Source: Acidobacteriota bacterium (GTDB taxonomy: Bacteria; Acidobacteriota; Vicinamibacteria; Vicinamibacterales; UBA2999). From it: a DNA stretch of 64,000 nucleotides. The notes beneath the pieces were generated by a model, which saw nothing but the letters and a program-made list of their open reading frames with translations, was not told the DNA's origin and searched no databases. Below are positions 8,343-18,067 of the stretch, one piece after another. Made by a program: the position numbers and the translations under genes. Numbering within the stretch: position 1 is the stretch's first letter; every line of letters starts with the position of its first letter. Location: NCBI GenBank assembly GCA_013140775.1, contig JABFSA010000014.1, positions 15,376 to 79,375 on the forward strand, given 5' to 3'.

Positions 8343-9989
8343 ATGGCCATCACCCGCCGCGACTTCGTACGGACCACCGCGTCGCTGGCTCCGTTCGTCG
8401 CCAGCCAGTTGACGAGCGCGCAAAGCCCGGCGACAGCCATTCAGGCGCCCGGGCGAACCGCCGCGCCTGCCGAACGCTTTGACTACGTGATCGCCGGCGC
8501 AGGGCACAACAGCCTCGTGTGCGCGGCCTACCTCGCCAAAGCCGGGAACCGCGTGCTGGTACTCGAAGGACGTCCATTGATCGGTGGCGGTGTAAAGACC
8601 GCTGAGGTCCTCCTGCCAGGCTTCAAGCAGGATCTCTGCTCGAGCGCGCACAACGGCATCAATCAGAATCCGATGCTGCGCGACAACGAGATCCCGTTGC
8701 GCGAGTACGGCTACGAAGTCATCGACCCGGACGTCGTCGTCCACATTCCCTTCCTCGACGGCGCATCCTTCACAGTGTTCAGGCGCGACGTTGCGCGTAC
8801 CGCCGAGACGATCGCACGCGTGTCAAAGAAGGATGCGGAGACCTTCACCCGGCTCCTGGCGTCGCGCCAGAAGGTGCTCGCGATGTCCGCCGGGGATCGC
8901 GCCAAGACCAGAGAAGGAGTCTTCTGGGAACGCATCGGAGCGCTTTCGGGATTCGATGCCGCGAAGCAGATCTGGGAGAGCCCGCACATGCGCGCGGCCA
9001 ACCTGTCGGCGGGCCACTTCGGCGGCGTGCCCGGCAGCGATTCCGGCACCGGCAACCAGGCGGTGTCGATGATGACCCACCTGAACGGGCGACCGATGCC
9101 GAAGGGTGGCTCGGGCATGCTGACGGTTGCCCTTGGCCGCTACCTCGAGGCGAACAATGCGGTGATCCTGACCAGCAAGCCGGTCGCGCGGTTGATCATC
9201 GAGAACAACCGGTGCACGGGTGTCGAGTGCGTGGACGGCAGCCAGTATCGCGGCCAGAAGGGCGTTGTCTCGACGATTCATCCCAAGAACCTGATCGGCA
9301 TGGCGCCGCGCGAGCTCTGGGGCGATGCGCTGCTCGACACGGTGGACATCTGGCAGCCCGAGCACGCGATGTTCGCGTTTCACTTCGCGCTCGCCGAATC
9401 GCCGAAGTATCCCCTTTCAACCGGCGGCACGATCGGCAGTTGTGAAGCGTCGATCATGCAGCGGCCCGAGAGCATCTTTCAGCTGAACACCGATCAGGCG
9501 CGCGGTGAGTTGAATATCGAGGACTACCCTCTGCAGATCGTGCATCCTTCCGTGTTCGACACCACGCGCGTGCCACCGGGTTACGGCGCCGTCAAGATCG
9601 AGGGCACCATGCCCTACGGACTGAAAGAAGGGCCCCACCACTGGGATGCGATTAAGGAGCGCGTGGCAGACCAGCTCCTGACCTACTACCTGCGTCACAC
9701 GGCCAACCTCACGAAAGACAAAGTTCTGGCGAAGTTCCTGCTCAGTCCAATCGACATCGAGCGCATGAATCCCTCGATGTGGCGAGGAAGCGTGCACCAT
9801 AGCGTCCGCGAACTTGGAAACTTCGCGCCGTATCGCATGCCGATCCCGGGTCTGTATCAGACGGGAGGATCGACTGCACCAGGCGGCTCGGTCACGGGCC
9901 AGCCGGGACGAAACGCCGCGATGGTCATCCTGCAGGATGACGGGAAGACGCTGGAGCAGGTGGTCGGAAAGGCGCCACGCAGTGCGTAG
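8343..9989 (+). CDS. Tat-exported FAD-dependent oxidoreductase, phytoene dehydrogenase-like (COG1233-type)
   Basis: AGGAG RBS; TRRDFV Tat motif; VIAGAGHNSLVCAAYLA dinucleotide fold; PKGGSGML; GLYQTGGSTAPGGSVTGQPGRNAA. Confidence 0.88.
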   Translation: MAITRRDFVRTTASLAPFVASQLTSAQSPATAIQAPGRTAAPAERFDYVIAGAGHNSLVCAAYLAKAGNRVLVLEGRPLIGGGVKTAEVLLPGFKQDLCSSAHNGINQNPMLRDNEIPLREYGYEVIDPDVVVHIPFLDGASFTVFRRDVARTAETIARVSKKDAETFTRLLASRQKVLAMSAGDRAKTREGVFWERIGALSGFDAAKQIWESPHMRAANLSAGHFGGVPGSDSGTGNQAVSMMTHLNGRPMPKGGSGMLTVALGRYLEANNAVILTSKPVARLIIENNRCTGVECVDGSQYRGQKGVVSTIHPKNLIGMAPRELWGDALLDTVDIWQPEHAMFAFHFALAESPKYPLSTGGTIGSCEASIMQRPESIFQLNTDQARGELNIEDYPLQIVHPSVFDTTRVPPGYGAVKIEGTMPYGLKEGPHHWDAIKERVADQLLTYYLRHTANLTKDKVLAKFLLSPIDIERMNPSMWRGSVHHSVRELGNFAPYRMPIPGLYQTGGSTAPGGSVTGQPGRNAAMVILQDDGKTLEQVVGKAPRSA

Positions 9990-10530
9990 GGGATTCTTCG
10001 TATTGCTGCTGGCGCCGTTGCTCGCCCTGTTCGTCACAGGAGTGTTAAGAGCACAGCAGGGCGCGACCGCGACGCCGGAAGTGCCCCGGCACCTGGCGCC
10101 GCCACCCGCGCCGGTGCAGCCACTCCCCTTCAGTCACAGGACGCACGTCAAAGTTGGCGCGCAGTGCCAGACCTGTCACAGCGCGACGACGGGCGCGCAG
10201 ATGACGTTTCCGGAAACGGCGACGTGCATGAAGTGTCATCGAACGATTGCGGCCAACCGGCCGACGATCGTCAAGCTCGCCGAATTCGCCAAGGGCACCC
10301 AACCGATTCCGTGGGTGCGCGTGTTCCGGGTGCTACCGGGCGTCACGTGGACTCATCGTCCCCACCTGCAGGCCGGCGTGCGGTGCGAGACGTGTCACGG
10401 CAACGTCCCCGAGATGGACACGATGTCGATGGCCACATCGGTGACGGGAATGGCGGCGTGCGTGACGTGTCATCAGGAGCGCAAGGCCAGCACCTCGTGC
10501 ACGACATGTCACGTGTGGCCGGCGACGTAA
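9982..10530 (+). CDS. Pentaheme cytochrome c (c3/c7, ActA-like)
   Basis: Five CxxCH motifs (CQTCH, CMKCH, CETCH, CVTCH, CTTCH); QPLPFSHRTH and IPWVRV; GTG start overlaps the upstream stop. Confidence 0.88.
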   Translation: MRRGFFVLLLAPLLALFVTGVLRAQQGATATPEVPRHLAPPPAPVQPLPFSHRTHVKVGAQCQTCHSATTGAQMTFPETATCMKCHRTIAANRPTIVKLAEFAKGTQPIPWVRVFRVLPGVTWTHRPHLQAGVRCETCHGNVPEMDTMSMATSVTGMAACVTCHQERKASTSCTTCHVWPAT

Positions 10531-10546
10531 CCTCGAAGGGACGAAC

Positions 10547-10936
10547 TCAGTCGAACCGTTCGTTCTCGAGAATGCCCCAGCTCCACCCATCCTTCGGACG
10601 CTTGAAGGTGAGCAGCCGTACGCGATGGTCGGCCGCATTGCGGCCCGGATTGCCGGTGATGATCACTTCGTCGCCGGGCTTCAGCGTGTCTCTCGACACC
10701 GTGCCGCTCAGCTGAGCAGGCGAACCCCACTCGACGACGTAGCGGTTGGTTGTCCCGTTCTTCTCCTTGACCATCAGGTGCACGAAGGAATGCGGATTCC
10801 TGAGAAGGAACTGGACAATCGAGCCTTCGATCGTGACGGACTGATCTTCGAGATAGGTCGCCGCAAACGAGTGATGAGCTGACGCCTGCGTCCCCAACCC
10901 GAGGACGAGCAGCGTTGCGACGAGGTAACGTCTCAT
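10547..10936 (-). CDS. DUF6152 family secreted protein
   Basis: ASA-HHSFAATY, IEGSIVQF, RNPHS, VEWGS, LKPGDEVIITG. Confidence 0.85.
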   Translation of the reverse strand: MRRYLVATLLVLGLGTQASAHHSFAATYLEDQSVTIEGSIVQFLLRNPHSFVHLMVKEKNGTTNRYVVEWGSPAQLSGTVSRDTLKPGDEVIITGNPGRNAADHRVRLLTFKRPKDGWSWGILENERFD

Positions 10937-11023
10937 ACAACTTCCCTCCCGCCGCCTTGACGACGGCGACTGACACCGATCTGAACTAGTTCCCGCGCCT
11001 GCCCCGCCCGGCGCGCCGCCCGA

Positions 11024-11410
11024 TCATTCGACGCGGCCTCGCCACGAGAACCCGTCGCTCGGCCGATCGAGGCTCGAGATCAGCAGTCGCAGCGACGCCG
11101 AATCACGTGCCGCTTCGCCGGTGACCTTCAGCAGGTCGCCCGGCTTCAGGGTGGTGCGGGTGATCTTGGACTGGGCGAGGACGTTGGTCGAACCCCACTC
11201 GAGTGCCCAGGTCTTGACCGAGCCGTCCTTGTCGGTGACGTCAACCCGCATGAATGAATGCGGGTTCCGCCACACGAACTCCTTGACGACACCCTCGATC
11301 TCGACCTTCTGGGTCGAATCGTAGGTGGCGGAAAACGAGTGATGCGCGAACACGCCATCCGCCCCGGCGAACAAGGCGAGCCCGACGAACAGCACCAGGA
11401 TCCTGGTCAT
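11024..11410 (-). CDS. DUF6152 family secreted protein (tandem paralog)
   Basis: GGAG RBS; VFA-HHSFSATYD, EGVVKEFVWRNPHS, LEWGS, LKPGD. Confidence 0.85.
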   Translation of the reverse strand: MTRILVLFVGLALFAGADGVFAHHSFSATYDSTQKVEIEGVVKEFVWRNPHSFMRVDVTDKDGSVKTWALEWGSTNVLAQSKITRTTLKPGDLLKVTGEAARDSASLRLLISSLDRPSDGFSWRGRVE

Positions 11411-11615
11411 TGCGATGTCTCCCTTCACGTGCACACACGCACGCCAGACTAGAGGTAAGCAGCGGCGCGCGTGCGGCCGTCGAGATGCTCGACACTGACT
11501 CATGAATGGCCCTCCGGCCGCGGCTTGCAAGAGCAATTTCACGTTACACCTGCAGATTGGCGAGGGTTGTCTCAGTGTGTCGCAGGGCCTGCGCCCGCGA
11601 CGGCCTGGCAATCCC

Positions 11616-11638
11616 GTCGTGCGTGGCTTCAGCCAGGC
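11616..11638 (+). repeat. Degenerate REP palindrome
   Basis: GTCGTGCGTGGCTTCAGCCAGGC resembles GTAGTGCGCGGCTTCAGCCGCGC. Confidence 0.5.
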
Positions 11639-11748
11639 AGGCCAGGCGATCGGGGCGACACGACATCGAGGAGCTGGGCTCGCGAGACGGGTTGCTTGTA
11701 TCAATTTGTCGCAGCCCTGAACATCCCCACCGGACGCTGACGTCATCC

Positions 11749-11776
11749 TTGACAATCCGCGCGATGCTCGTACGCT
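11749..11776 (+). promoter_or_regulatory. Putative sigma-70 promoter of the TAXI/two-component operon (likely leaderless)
   Basis: TTGACA-16 nt-TACGCT, 6 nt before ATG 11783; no SD. Confidence 0.55.
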
Positions 11777-11782
11777 CAGTCG

Positions 11783-12751
11783 ATGCCTTCAGGCTTCAGT
11801 ACCAGTAGCCGCCTGCTGTCAGCGGGATCCGTGTCGCTGGCGATGCTCATTACGTCGTCGTGCGCCGCGCCCACGCGACCGGAGCCTCGGGAGACACTGA
11901 CAGTCCTGCTGTCCCCGCAGGTCAACGATGACGTGCCCCCCATGCTTGCTCAGGCACTGCGCGACGCGGTGCCTCGCCTGGACGTTGACGTCCGCGCAGG
12001 GATTTCTTCAGTGCAAAGCGTCAAGGCCGTCCAGGATGCCGAAGCCGATGTGGCGATCGCAGGGGCCGATTCCGTCTATGTGGCGTTCGTTGGCCAGCTT
12101 GATGGTCAGCGCGCACCATTCGATAAGTTGCGGGGAATCGCCGTCCTCCAGCCGAGGCTTTTCGAACTCCTGGTTCGCAAGGACTCGCCGATCACGAGAA
12201 TTGAGGACCTGGGTGGCCGCAAGGTGGCGTACACCGAACCTGGCACGCAGGGTTCCCCGACATTTCAGCTCGTTCTTGATTCGTTTGGTTTTCGGGACGG
12301 CGACGTGGACCTTGTCGAACTGAACGTGAAGGACAAACTGGCACAGCTCATCAACGGGGACGTCGATGCCGCGTTCTTTTACGGCAGTCATCCGATCGAT
12401 GAAGTCACGGCGGCCACGAGGGCCGGCGCGCGCCTGCTGCCACTCACTGGCAGTGCCATAGAACATCTCCGACAGAACTATCCGTTCCTTCGTCCTTTTG
12501 ACATTCCCGACGGAACCGAGGCGAATCGCAACATCAGGACCGTTGGGCTCAATGTCATCCTGATTTGCAGAAGCGACCTCGACGAGAGTCTGGTGCATGA
12601 GGTCACCAGGTCGTTCTTCGCGGCGCTCACCTCACTTTCCACGCTCGAAGAGTCTTTCCGCCACATCAATCTGGAACAGGCCTCCGCGACGCCGATTCCT
12701 CTGCATCCCGGGGCCGCTCGCTTCTACCGGGAACGCGAGCTCGCGCGGTAG
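11783..12751 (+). CDS. TAXI-family TRAP solute-binding protein (probable lipoprotein), no transporter nearby
   Basis: TSSC lipobox-like; SSVQSV, LRGIAVL, ITRIEDLGGRKV, GDVDAAF, C-terminal PIPLHPGAARFYRE. Confidence 0.85.
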   Translation: MPSGFSTSSRLLSAGSVSLAMLITSSCAAPTRPEPRETLTVLLSPQVNDDVPPMLAQALRDAVPRLDVDVRAGISSVQSVKAVQDAEADVAIAGADSVYVAFVGQLDGQRAPFDKLRGIAVLQPRLFELLVRKDSPITRIEDLGGRKVAYTEPGTQGSPTFQLVLDSFGFRDGDVDLVELNVKDKLAQLINGDVDAAFFYGSHPIDEVTAATRAGARLLPLTGSAIEHLRQNYPFLRPFDIPDGTEANRNIRTVGLNVILICRSDLDESLVHEVTRSFFAALTSLSTLEESFRHINLEQASATPIPLHPGAARFYRERELAR

Positions 12752-12756
12752 GTGTC

Positions 12757-14445
12757 GTGATGCGGGCACTCACACAGACACAAGTGAGCTGGATTCTCGC
12801 TGTGACGATCTGTGTGTCCGTCGCCATCCTCGGATGGTTTGGGCATGCGGCGGTTCGCGGCTGGTATGGCAGTTCGCTCGAGCTCGCGGATCGTCGCACG
12901 GAAGAGGCAGCCATGCTTCTCGTCAGCGCCCTCACGAAAGACATGCAGGGCGCGCACCGATCCCTCTTGCTCTCCGCCGAAACAGCCAACGCGATGCTGG
13001 GCCCGCCGATCGACGCGCTCTACCCTGTCGCCAGTGCGTTCGCACGATATCCGTACGCGGAATGGTTTTTTGCGACCGACGACATCACGAAGCCGCTTGC
13101 GCTCTTTGCGAGACGCGACCGCCCGGCGTCATGGCTTGCGTTGCCTGAAGGCCAGAATCGGTTTCCTGTCGTGGTCATCAGCAATCCCCCAATCAGCGCC
13201 TCGCTCACCGAGCACGTGATTGCCGACGTTCGGGAACGACGGATGTTCTCGGTCTTCGAGACCACGTTTGCCGGAAGACCGTATCAGGTGATTGCTCGAC
13301 TGCTCTATCGCACGACCCGTGACACCGATACTGTGGCCGTCTACGGCTTCGGCGTGGACATGACGTGGGCCCGCGACCACTACTTCCCGGAGCTGGCGCA
13401 GCAGATTGCACGACTCAAGCCGGCCACCAACGGCGTCACGCTGTCAATCGAGGATGATGCCGGCCGTCAGGTCGCTGCGACCGGCGAGACGGGGAGTGGC
13501 GACAACGACGTGCGGCGTCCCTTTCCTGCCACCTTCTTTGATTCGATCCTGCTGACGCCAAATGCACCGATGGACGTGCCGCGCCAGGACTGGACGGTGC
13601 GAGCGACAGCATCGAACGATCCGACACTTGCAGAAGCGACGCGTGGCGTCACACGAATGCTGTGGCTCGGCGCTACTGCCGCTATTGCCCTGCTCCTTGG
13701 CGTGGGACTGACCGTCCGCGCAGGTCTCGGCAACATTCGGCTCGCCGAACTGCGGGCGGACTTCGTCTCGAGTGTCACCCACGAGCTCAAGACCCCGATT
13801 GCGACCATTCGCGCGGCCGCCGACACCCTCGTCACCGGAAGGATCACCGATCAGGACACCCAGCGCGAGTACGCGGACATGGTCGTCCAGGAATCCAAAC
13901 GCCTCGGCCAGCTCATCGACAACCTGCTGACGTTTTCGCGGGTGACGGACGCCCAGGCCTTTCGAGTGATGGACCCGGTCAGGCTCGACTCGCTTGTCAG
14001 CACCTCTCTCCGTCGTTTTGATCCGCAACTGCGCCGGGGAGGATTCGCCGTCACCGTTGAGCTTCCCGACACCCTCCCGCCGGTGCTCGGCGACGTGACC
14101 GCGCTTCAGCTGATGTTCGATAACGTCCTGGACAACGCCATCCGGTACACACGGGATGTCCGGAGCGTCCGCATTTCCGGTCGCGTCGCCTCCGGTGCCG
14201 TGGTGCTGGAAGTGACCGACCGCGGCATTGGCATTCATCCCGGCGACCTTCCACTCGTGACGCAGAAGTTTTTCCGCGCACGCAATGCCGGCCAGGGCGG
14301 GACGGGACTGGGTCTGGCCATTGCGGCTCGCATCCTGTCCGACCATGGCGGCAGCATCGCGGTGCGCAGCACACTGGGTGAGGGGACCACGATCGTCATG
14401 ACGCTGCCGCTTGCGTCGGCGCGAGCACGCGTCGCGATGGTCTGA
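12757..14445 (+). CDS. Membrane sensor histidine kinase
   Basis: Two TM segments around a large periplasmic domain; H box FVSSVTHELKTP, N box NVLDNAIRY, DRGIGI, GTGLGLAI. Confidence 0.92.
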   Translation: MMRALTQTQVSWILAVTICVSVAILGWFGHAAVRGWYGSSLELADRRTEEAAMLLVSALTKDMQGAHRSLLLSAETANAMLGPPIDALYPVASAFARYPYAEWFFATDDITKPLALFARRDRPASWLALPEGQNRFPVVVISNPPISASLTEHVIADVRERRMFSVFETTFAGRPYQVIARLLYRTTRDTDTVAVYGFGVDMTWARDHYFPELAQQIARLKPATNGVTLSIEDDAGRQVAATGETGSGDNDVRRPFPATFFDSILLTPNAPMDVPRQDWTVRATASNDPTLAEATRGVTRMLWLGATAAIALLLGVGLTVRAGLGNIRLAELRADFVSSVTHELKTPIATIRAAADTLVTGRITDQDTQREYADMVVQESKRLGQLIDNLLTFSRVTDAQAFRVMDPVRLDSLVSTSLRRFDPQLRRGGFAVTVELPDTLPPVLGDVTALQLMFDNVLDNAIRYTRDVRSVRISGRVASGAVVLEVTDRGIGIHPGDLPLVTQKFFRARNAGQGGTGLGLAIAARILSDHGGSIAVRSTLGEGTTIVMTLPLASARARVAMV

Positions 14446-14450
14446 CACGC

Positions 14451-15146
14451 ATGCCTGCTCGAATTCTGGTCGTGGAAGATGACATCGCCCTCGCGCGCGT
14501 GCTGCGCGACAATCTCGCCTTCCAGAACTTTGACGTTGAGTGGGCGGCCGACGCGGACGCTGCGGTCGCGGCCGTACGTGCGCGACCACCAGACTTGATC
14601 CTTCTCGACATCATGCTGCCTGGAAGGAGCGGCTTCGATGTGTTCGGACTCCTGCACCAGAATGGCCGCATCCCGGTCATCATTCTGACGGCGCTCGGCC
14701 AGACGACGGACAAGCTTCGCGGGCTCAGCCTGGGCGCGGATGACTACGTCACGAAGCCCTTCGATCTCGAGGAGCTTCTTGCTCGCGTGCACGTGGTTCT
14801 GCGCCGAACACGAACGTTGATCGAACGGCTGACCATGGGGAACGTCACGGTGGACTTTCGAGCCCGAACCGTGAAGTCGGGCCGACACATGATTCACCTG
14901 ACGAATCAGGAGTTCGAGTTGCTGAAGTATCTGGCCGCCAGGCGGGAGCGCGTGGTCCACCGCAGCGAGCTGCTGCGGGAGGTATGGAAGTACCCGGATA
15001 CGCCTATTACGCGCTCAGTTGACCACGCCATCGCGAGGCTGCGAAAGAAGATAGAACCGAACCCTGCGCATCCCGTGTTCATTCACACGGTGCACGGTGA
15101 CGGCTACTGCCTGACTCCTGACGGCGAGTCGCCACAGGACCGCTGA
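14451..15146 (+). CDS. OmpR/PhoB-family response regulator
   Basis: ILVVEDD, LLDIMLP, GADDYVTKPF, winged helix TRSVDHAIARLRKKIE...TVHGDGY. Confidence 0.93.
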   Translation: MPARILVVEDDIALARVLRDNLAFQNFDVEWAADADAAVAAVRARPPDLILLDIMLPGRSGFDVFGLLHQNGRIPVIILTALGQTTDKLRGLSLGADDYVTKPFDLEELLARVHVVLRRTRTLIERLTMGNVTVDFRARTVKSGRHMIHLTNQEFELLKYLAARRERVVHRSELLREVWKYPDTPITRSVDHAIARLRKKIEPNPAHPVFIHTVHGDGYCLTPDGESPQDR

Positions 15147-15158
15147 GGCGCAGGCGTC

Positions 15159-16169
15159 TTACTTCGCGGTGGCCTCAGGCCGGCGCCCGCGTGGTCCAAG
15201 CACGCCAAACCCGCCGTCGTTGCAGGTGAGGTTAGGCGCGCCACCGGGCCGTCCCTGCGTCTCGATCCAGCCGCAGCAGTATCCGGGCCTGCGAGCGTCG
15301 CAACTGGCAGGCGGCGTGTACACGCCCTTGAGTTTCTTGCGGTACTCCGGATAGAGCGTCTCCGCGTGCCCCATGGCGGCTTCCTTCGGGATGTTGAATG
15401 TCCGGACCATGTAGTCCTCTTCCGGGTTTTCTCCGGGAAGGTAGTGCGGGACTCCGCCGGTGTCCTCGAGGCTCGGGATCTCATTCGCGGTGTTGCACTG
15501 AGGCCGGGCGATCTCGGTGCCCCGCGGATTCCACTGCCACACGCGACTGACGACATGCGGCTCGGTCAGGTAGTGCGGATCTTCCTGGATCGTCATCACC
15601 GTGAGCAGGTCACCGCGCCGCGTGAGGTGGATCGTGATGGTGGTGTCGTCACTCCCCGGAATCCCGACGCCGCGACGGATCCAGGCGGTCTTGAGGTGAG
15701 TCACACGGGCGGTCAGCGTGTCCCCTTCCCATTTCCCGGTGGCGAATCCACCCGCGGTGTGGAGGGCATTTGGCGAAAGCGCTGGCCGGCCGTCCATCCA
15801 GATCCGAATGTCGTTTCTGAGATTGTCGCCGCCGATCACCCACGCAACGACATCGCCTTCCGGACCGTTTTCGCTCCAGATCCGAAATCCGGTCGGCCTG
15901 TACTGGAACACGCCGGCCGACTGCGGCAGACACTGCCGCTCGTAGATTGACGGAAGGTTCGAGGTGTACAGCAACGCCTTGGCACGGCCTTCATCGGTCA
16001 ACGGCATGCCCGTGTAGTTGCCCATGAACTCACCGGGGCCACGCTCGATGTAGTCCTCGTACATGCGTGTCTGGTATGACCCGGTGAGATCGACCTGCGC
16101 GAAGGCCGGGTGTGCGAACGCCGCCACCAGGAAGGTGAACAGCGCAGTCTTCGTGAAGGTCATCAGCAT
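15159..16169 (-). CDS. Secreted 'large partner' protein, subfamily II with Cys-rich tail
   Basis: AFA-QVDLTG; GMPLTDEGR; RQC; IWMDGRP; GKWEGDTL; VPHYLPG; ETLYPEY; tail C..YCCGW..C. Confidence 0.8.
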   Translation of the reverse strand: MLMTFTKTALFTFLVAAFAHPAFAQVDLTGSYQTRMYEDYIERGPGEFMGNYTGMPLTDEGRAKALLYTSNLPSIYERQCLPQSAGVFQYRPTGFRIWSENGPEGDVVAWVIGGDNLRNDIRIWMDGRPALSPNALHTAGGFATGKWEGDTLTARVTHLKTAWIRRGVGIPGSDDTTITIHLTRRGDLLTVMTIQEDPHYLTEPHVVSRVWQWNPRGTEIARPQCNTANEIPSLEDTGGVPHYLPGENPEEDYMVRTFNIPKEAAMGHAETLYPEYRKKLKGVYTPPASCDARRPGYCCGWIETQGRPGGAPNLTCNDGGFGVLGPRGRRPEATAK

Positions 16170-16179
16170 GCTCCAGCCG

Positions 16180-16938
16180 TCAGAATCGCGCATCACAGGG
16201 CTCGGGGTTCCACTTGCTGCCGTCGGGCTCACGCTTGAAATGATTCGACGTGATCCAGGGCGTCTGCAGGTAGGTCGGGTCGTCTACCGTGTCGGTGATC
16301 AGAAGATATTTGTCACCGTTGGTTTCGGTGTGGACGTCCCAGGTTTCGGTGTAGATCGTCCGTTCGCTGTACGGCACGCCATTCTTTCGCAGGTAGCCCG
16401 GCCGCAGGTTGGTCGTCACGGACTTCATTGCGCCGAAGCGCGGACCGCCACGTCCACGGCCACCGCCGGCGAACATCCACTGCGCCGTGGACCGGCCCTG
16501 CCATGAGGGCGTCGGATTCGGCGGCGCGTTTCGAAATTCAAACAATCGCGTCTGCATGCCGTAGTCCGTCTCCAGCTTCAGCGTGTCGTCGTCCAGCCAG
16601 GTGATGTGGAGGCGTGTCGGCCCGCGCATCAGTCCCGGTGCGCCATACGCCTTGCACTGCTGGCCGGCGGCCTCGTCCTTCGCCGGGTCCCACGCTTCGG
16701 CAATCTTCTGTGCGGCGAGGTTGAGAGGGATACTCGGAAAGTCGCCGCGCGACGGCGTGATCATCCGCCAGCGCCAGTCCTCCGAAATGATCGCCACCCA
16801 GTAACCGGTCAGGTCGATCGGCGCCTGTGCACGCGGTGTCGGCGGTGCGCCCTGAGGCGGGGCGCCGCGCCCCTGCGCCACGCCCGTGGCGGTGGTGAGA
16901 GCGAACAGGAGAGCAACGAGCGCGAATCGGTACGCCAT
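16180..16938 (-). CDS. Secreted 'large partner' protein, subfamily III
   Basis: APIDLTGYWVA..EDWRWRM; WDPAKD..QCKAYGA; LRPGYLRKNGVPYS; C-terminal WNPEPC. Confidence 0.8.
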   Translation of the reverse strand: MAYRFALVALLFALTTATGVAQGRGAPPQGAPPTPRAQAPIDLTGYWVAIISEDWRWRMITPSRGDFPSIPLNLAAQKIAEAWDPAKDEAAGQQCKAYGAPGLMRGPTRLHITWLDDDTLKLETDYGMQTRLFEFRNAPPNPTPSWQGRSTAQWMFAGGGRGRGGPRFGAMKSVTTNLRPGYLRKNGVPYSERTIYTETWDVHTETNGDKYLLITDTVDDPTYLQTPWITSNHFKREPDGSKWNPEPCDARF

Positions 16939-17912
16939 TACGGTTTCACCGGGTTCTTGAGGCCGCTATACACGGCTTCCACAAACATGTCCGTCGTCCA
17001 TGGTCCAGACTCCTTGCCCCACCGGGACCGGTAGCCTGCGGTCGGATTCGCTGCCTTCACCTGCTCCAGCGTCATCCCTTTTGCGATCAGCGCTTCGACA
17101 TTGTCCTTGATGGTCGTGACCATGTCGCGGTACTCCACGAGTTCCGCGTAGTCGGAGACTCGGCCGTGGCCCGGCACGAGGAGCGTCCGACCCTCCTTCA
17201 GAACCATCGGCATGGCCGGCACGGTCATCTCCAGCAGGCGGTTCAGTGCATCGAGTTCGCCCTGAATGCTCCCGCCCTTCTTCATGTCGATCACAGGGAA
17301 GCTCCGCAGGTCGATGATGTCGCCAGTCGCAATGACGTCCGCCTTCCGAAACAGCACCACGGTGTCACCATCGGTGTGCGCCCCGGTCATCCGGTACACC
17401 ATGACGGCGTCGTCATTGAGATACATCGACCGCACGCGCGAGGTGAACGTCTCGCTCGGCCACAGCTCGCTGGAGATCTTGTCGTCGCCACTCAGCCGGG
17501 TCAGCACGCTCTCGTGCGACAACACCGTCGCATGCGGCTCGTCGGCAAACAGATCGGGATTCATTTCGATACCGGTGGCGCCGACCACCTCGTTGCCGCC
17601 GATGTGATCCATGTCGGCGCTCGTGTTGACAATGAGGCGGACCGGTTTGGCACTGATGGCCTTGACTGCGGCAACGAGCTGCGCCGCGGTGGCGGTGGAA
17701 CCGCTATCGACAAGAATGACGCCGTCCTCACCCACGTGCGCGGTGACATTGGCTCCCGCGCCGAAGATCGCGTACACGTTCTCGCGGACCTGGATCGTTT
17801 CCAATCCGGCGGCCGGCGCAATTCGTCCTTGGGTCTGCGCGATCGCCGGGGATCCGGCCATCACGAATAACAGTGCCAAGCCAGCCTGTATGAAGCCCTT
17901 TGGTTCGATCAT
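16938..17912 (-). CDS. Secreted MBL-fold (cyclase-like) protein with degenerate metal motif
   Basis: GAGANV, ILVDSG, NTSADMDHIGGN (in place of THxHxDH), AHTDGD, ATGD, VPGHG. Confidence 0.82.
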   Translation of the reverse strand: MIEPKGFIQAGLALLFVMAGSPAIAQTQGRIAPAAGLETIQVRENVYAIFGAGANVTAHVGEDGVILVDSGSTATAAQLVAAVKAISAKPVRLIVNTSADMDHIGGNEVVGATGIEMNPDLFADEPHATVLSHESVLTRLSGDDKISSELWPSETFTSRVRSMYLNDDAVMVYRMTGAHTDGDTVVLFRKADVIATGDIIDLRSFPVIDMKKGGSIQGELDALNRLLEMTVPAMPMVLKEGRTLLVPGHGRVSDYAELVEYRDMVTTIKDNVEALIAKGMTLEQVKAANPTAGYRSRWGKESGPWTTDMFVEAVYSGLKNPVKP

Positions 17913-18002
17913 GATCGAAGAAGGATACGTGATCTGGCGGGCCCGACGCGAGCGACGGTCCGGATCACCGCCCCCTGCGACACACTGATACAACCGACGG
18001 TC

Positions 18003-18066
18003 GTGGGGTCCGGCTCAAGCCGGACACTACGAGGACACGACCACGAAGGGACGAAGGGATCGAAGG
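18003..18066. repeat. REP palindrome plus left arm of the 9-mer element
   Basis: GTGG-GGTCCGGCT-CA-AGCCGGAC-ACTAC then GAGGACA and ACCACGAAG.GGACGAAG.GGATCGAAG, same order as at 8160. Confidence 0.8.
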
Positions 18067-18067
18067 A

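Noticed and set aside
8343-9989. Carotenoid biosynthesis (crtI)
   Set aside because: Tat signal, cytochrome partner and absence of crtB/crtE argue against it
13444-14960. Long antisense ORFs opposite the kinase and regulator (and similar shadow ORFs throughout)
   Set aside because: Expected in high-GC DNA; no motifs, RBS or independent support
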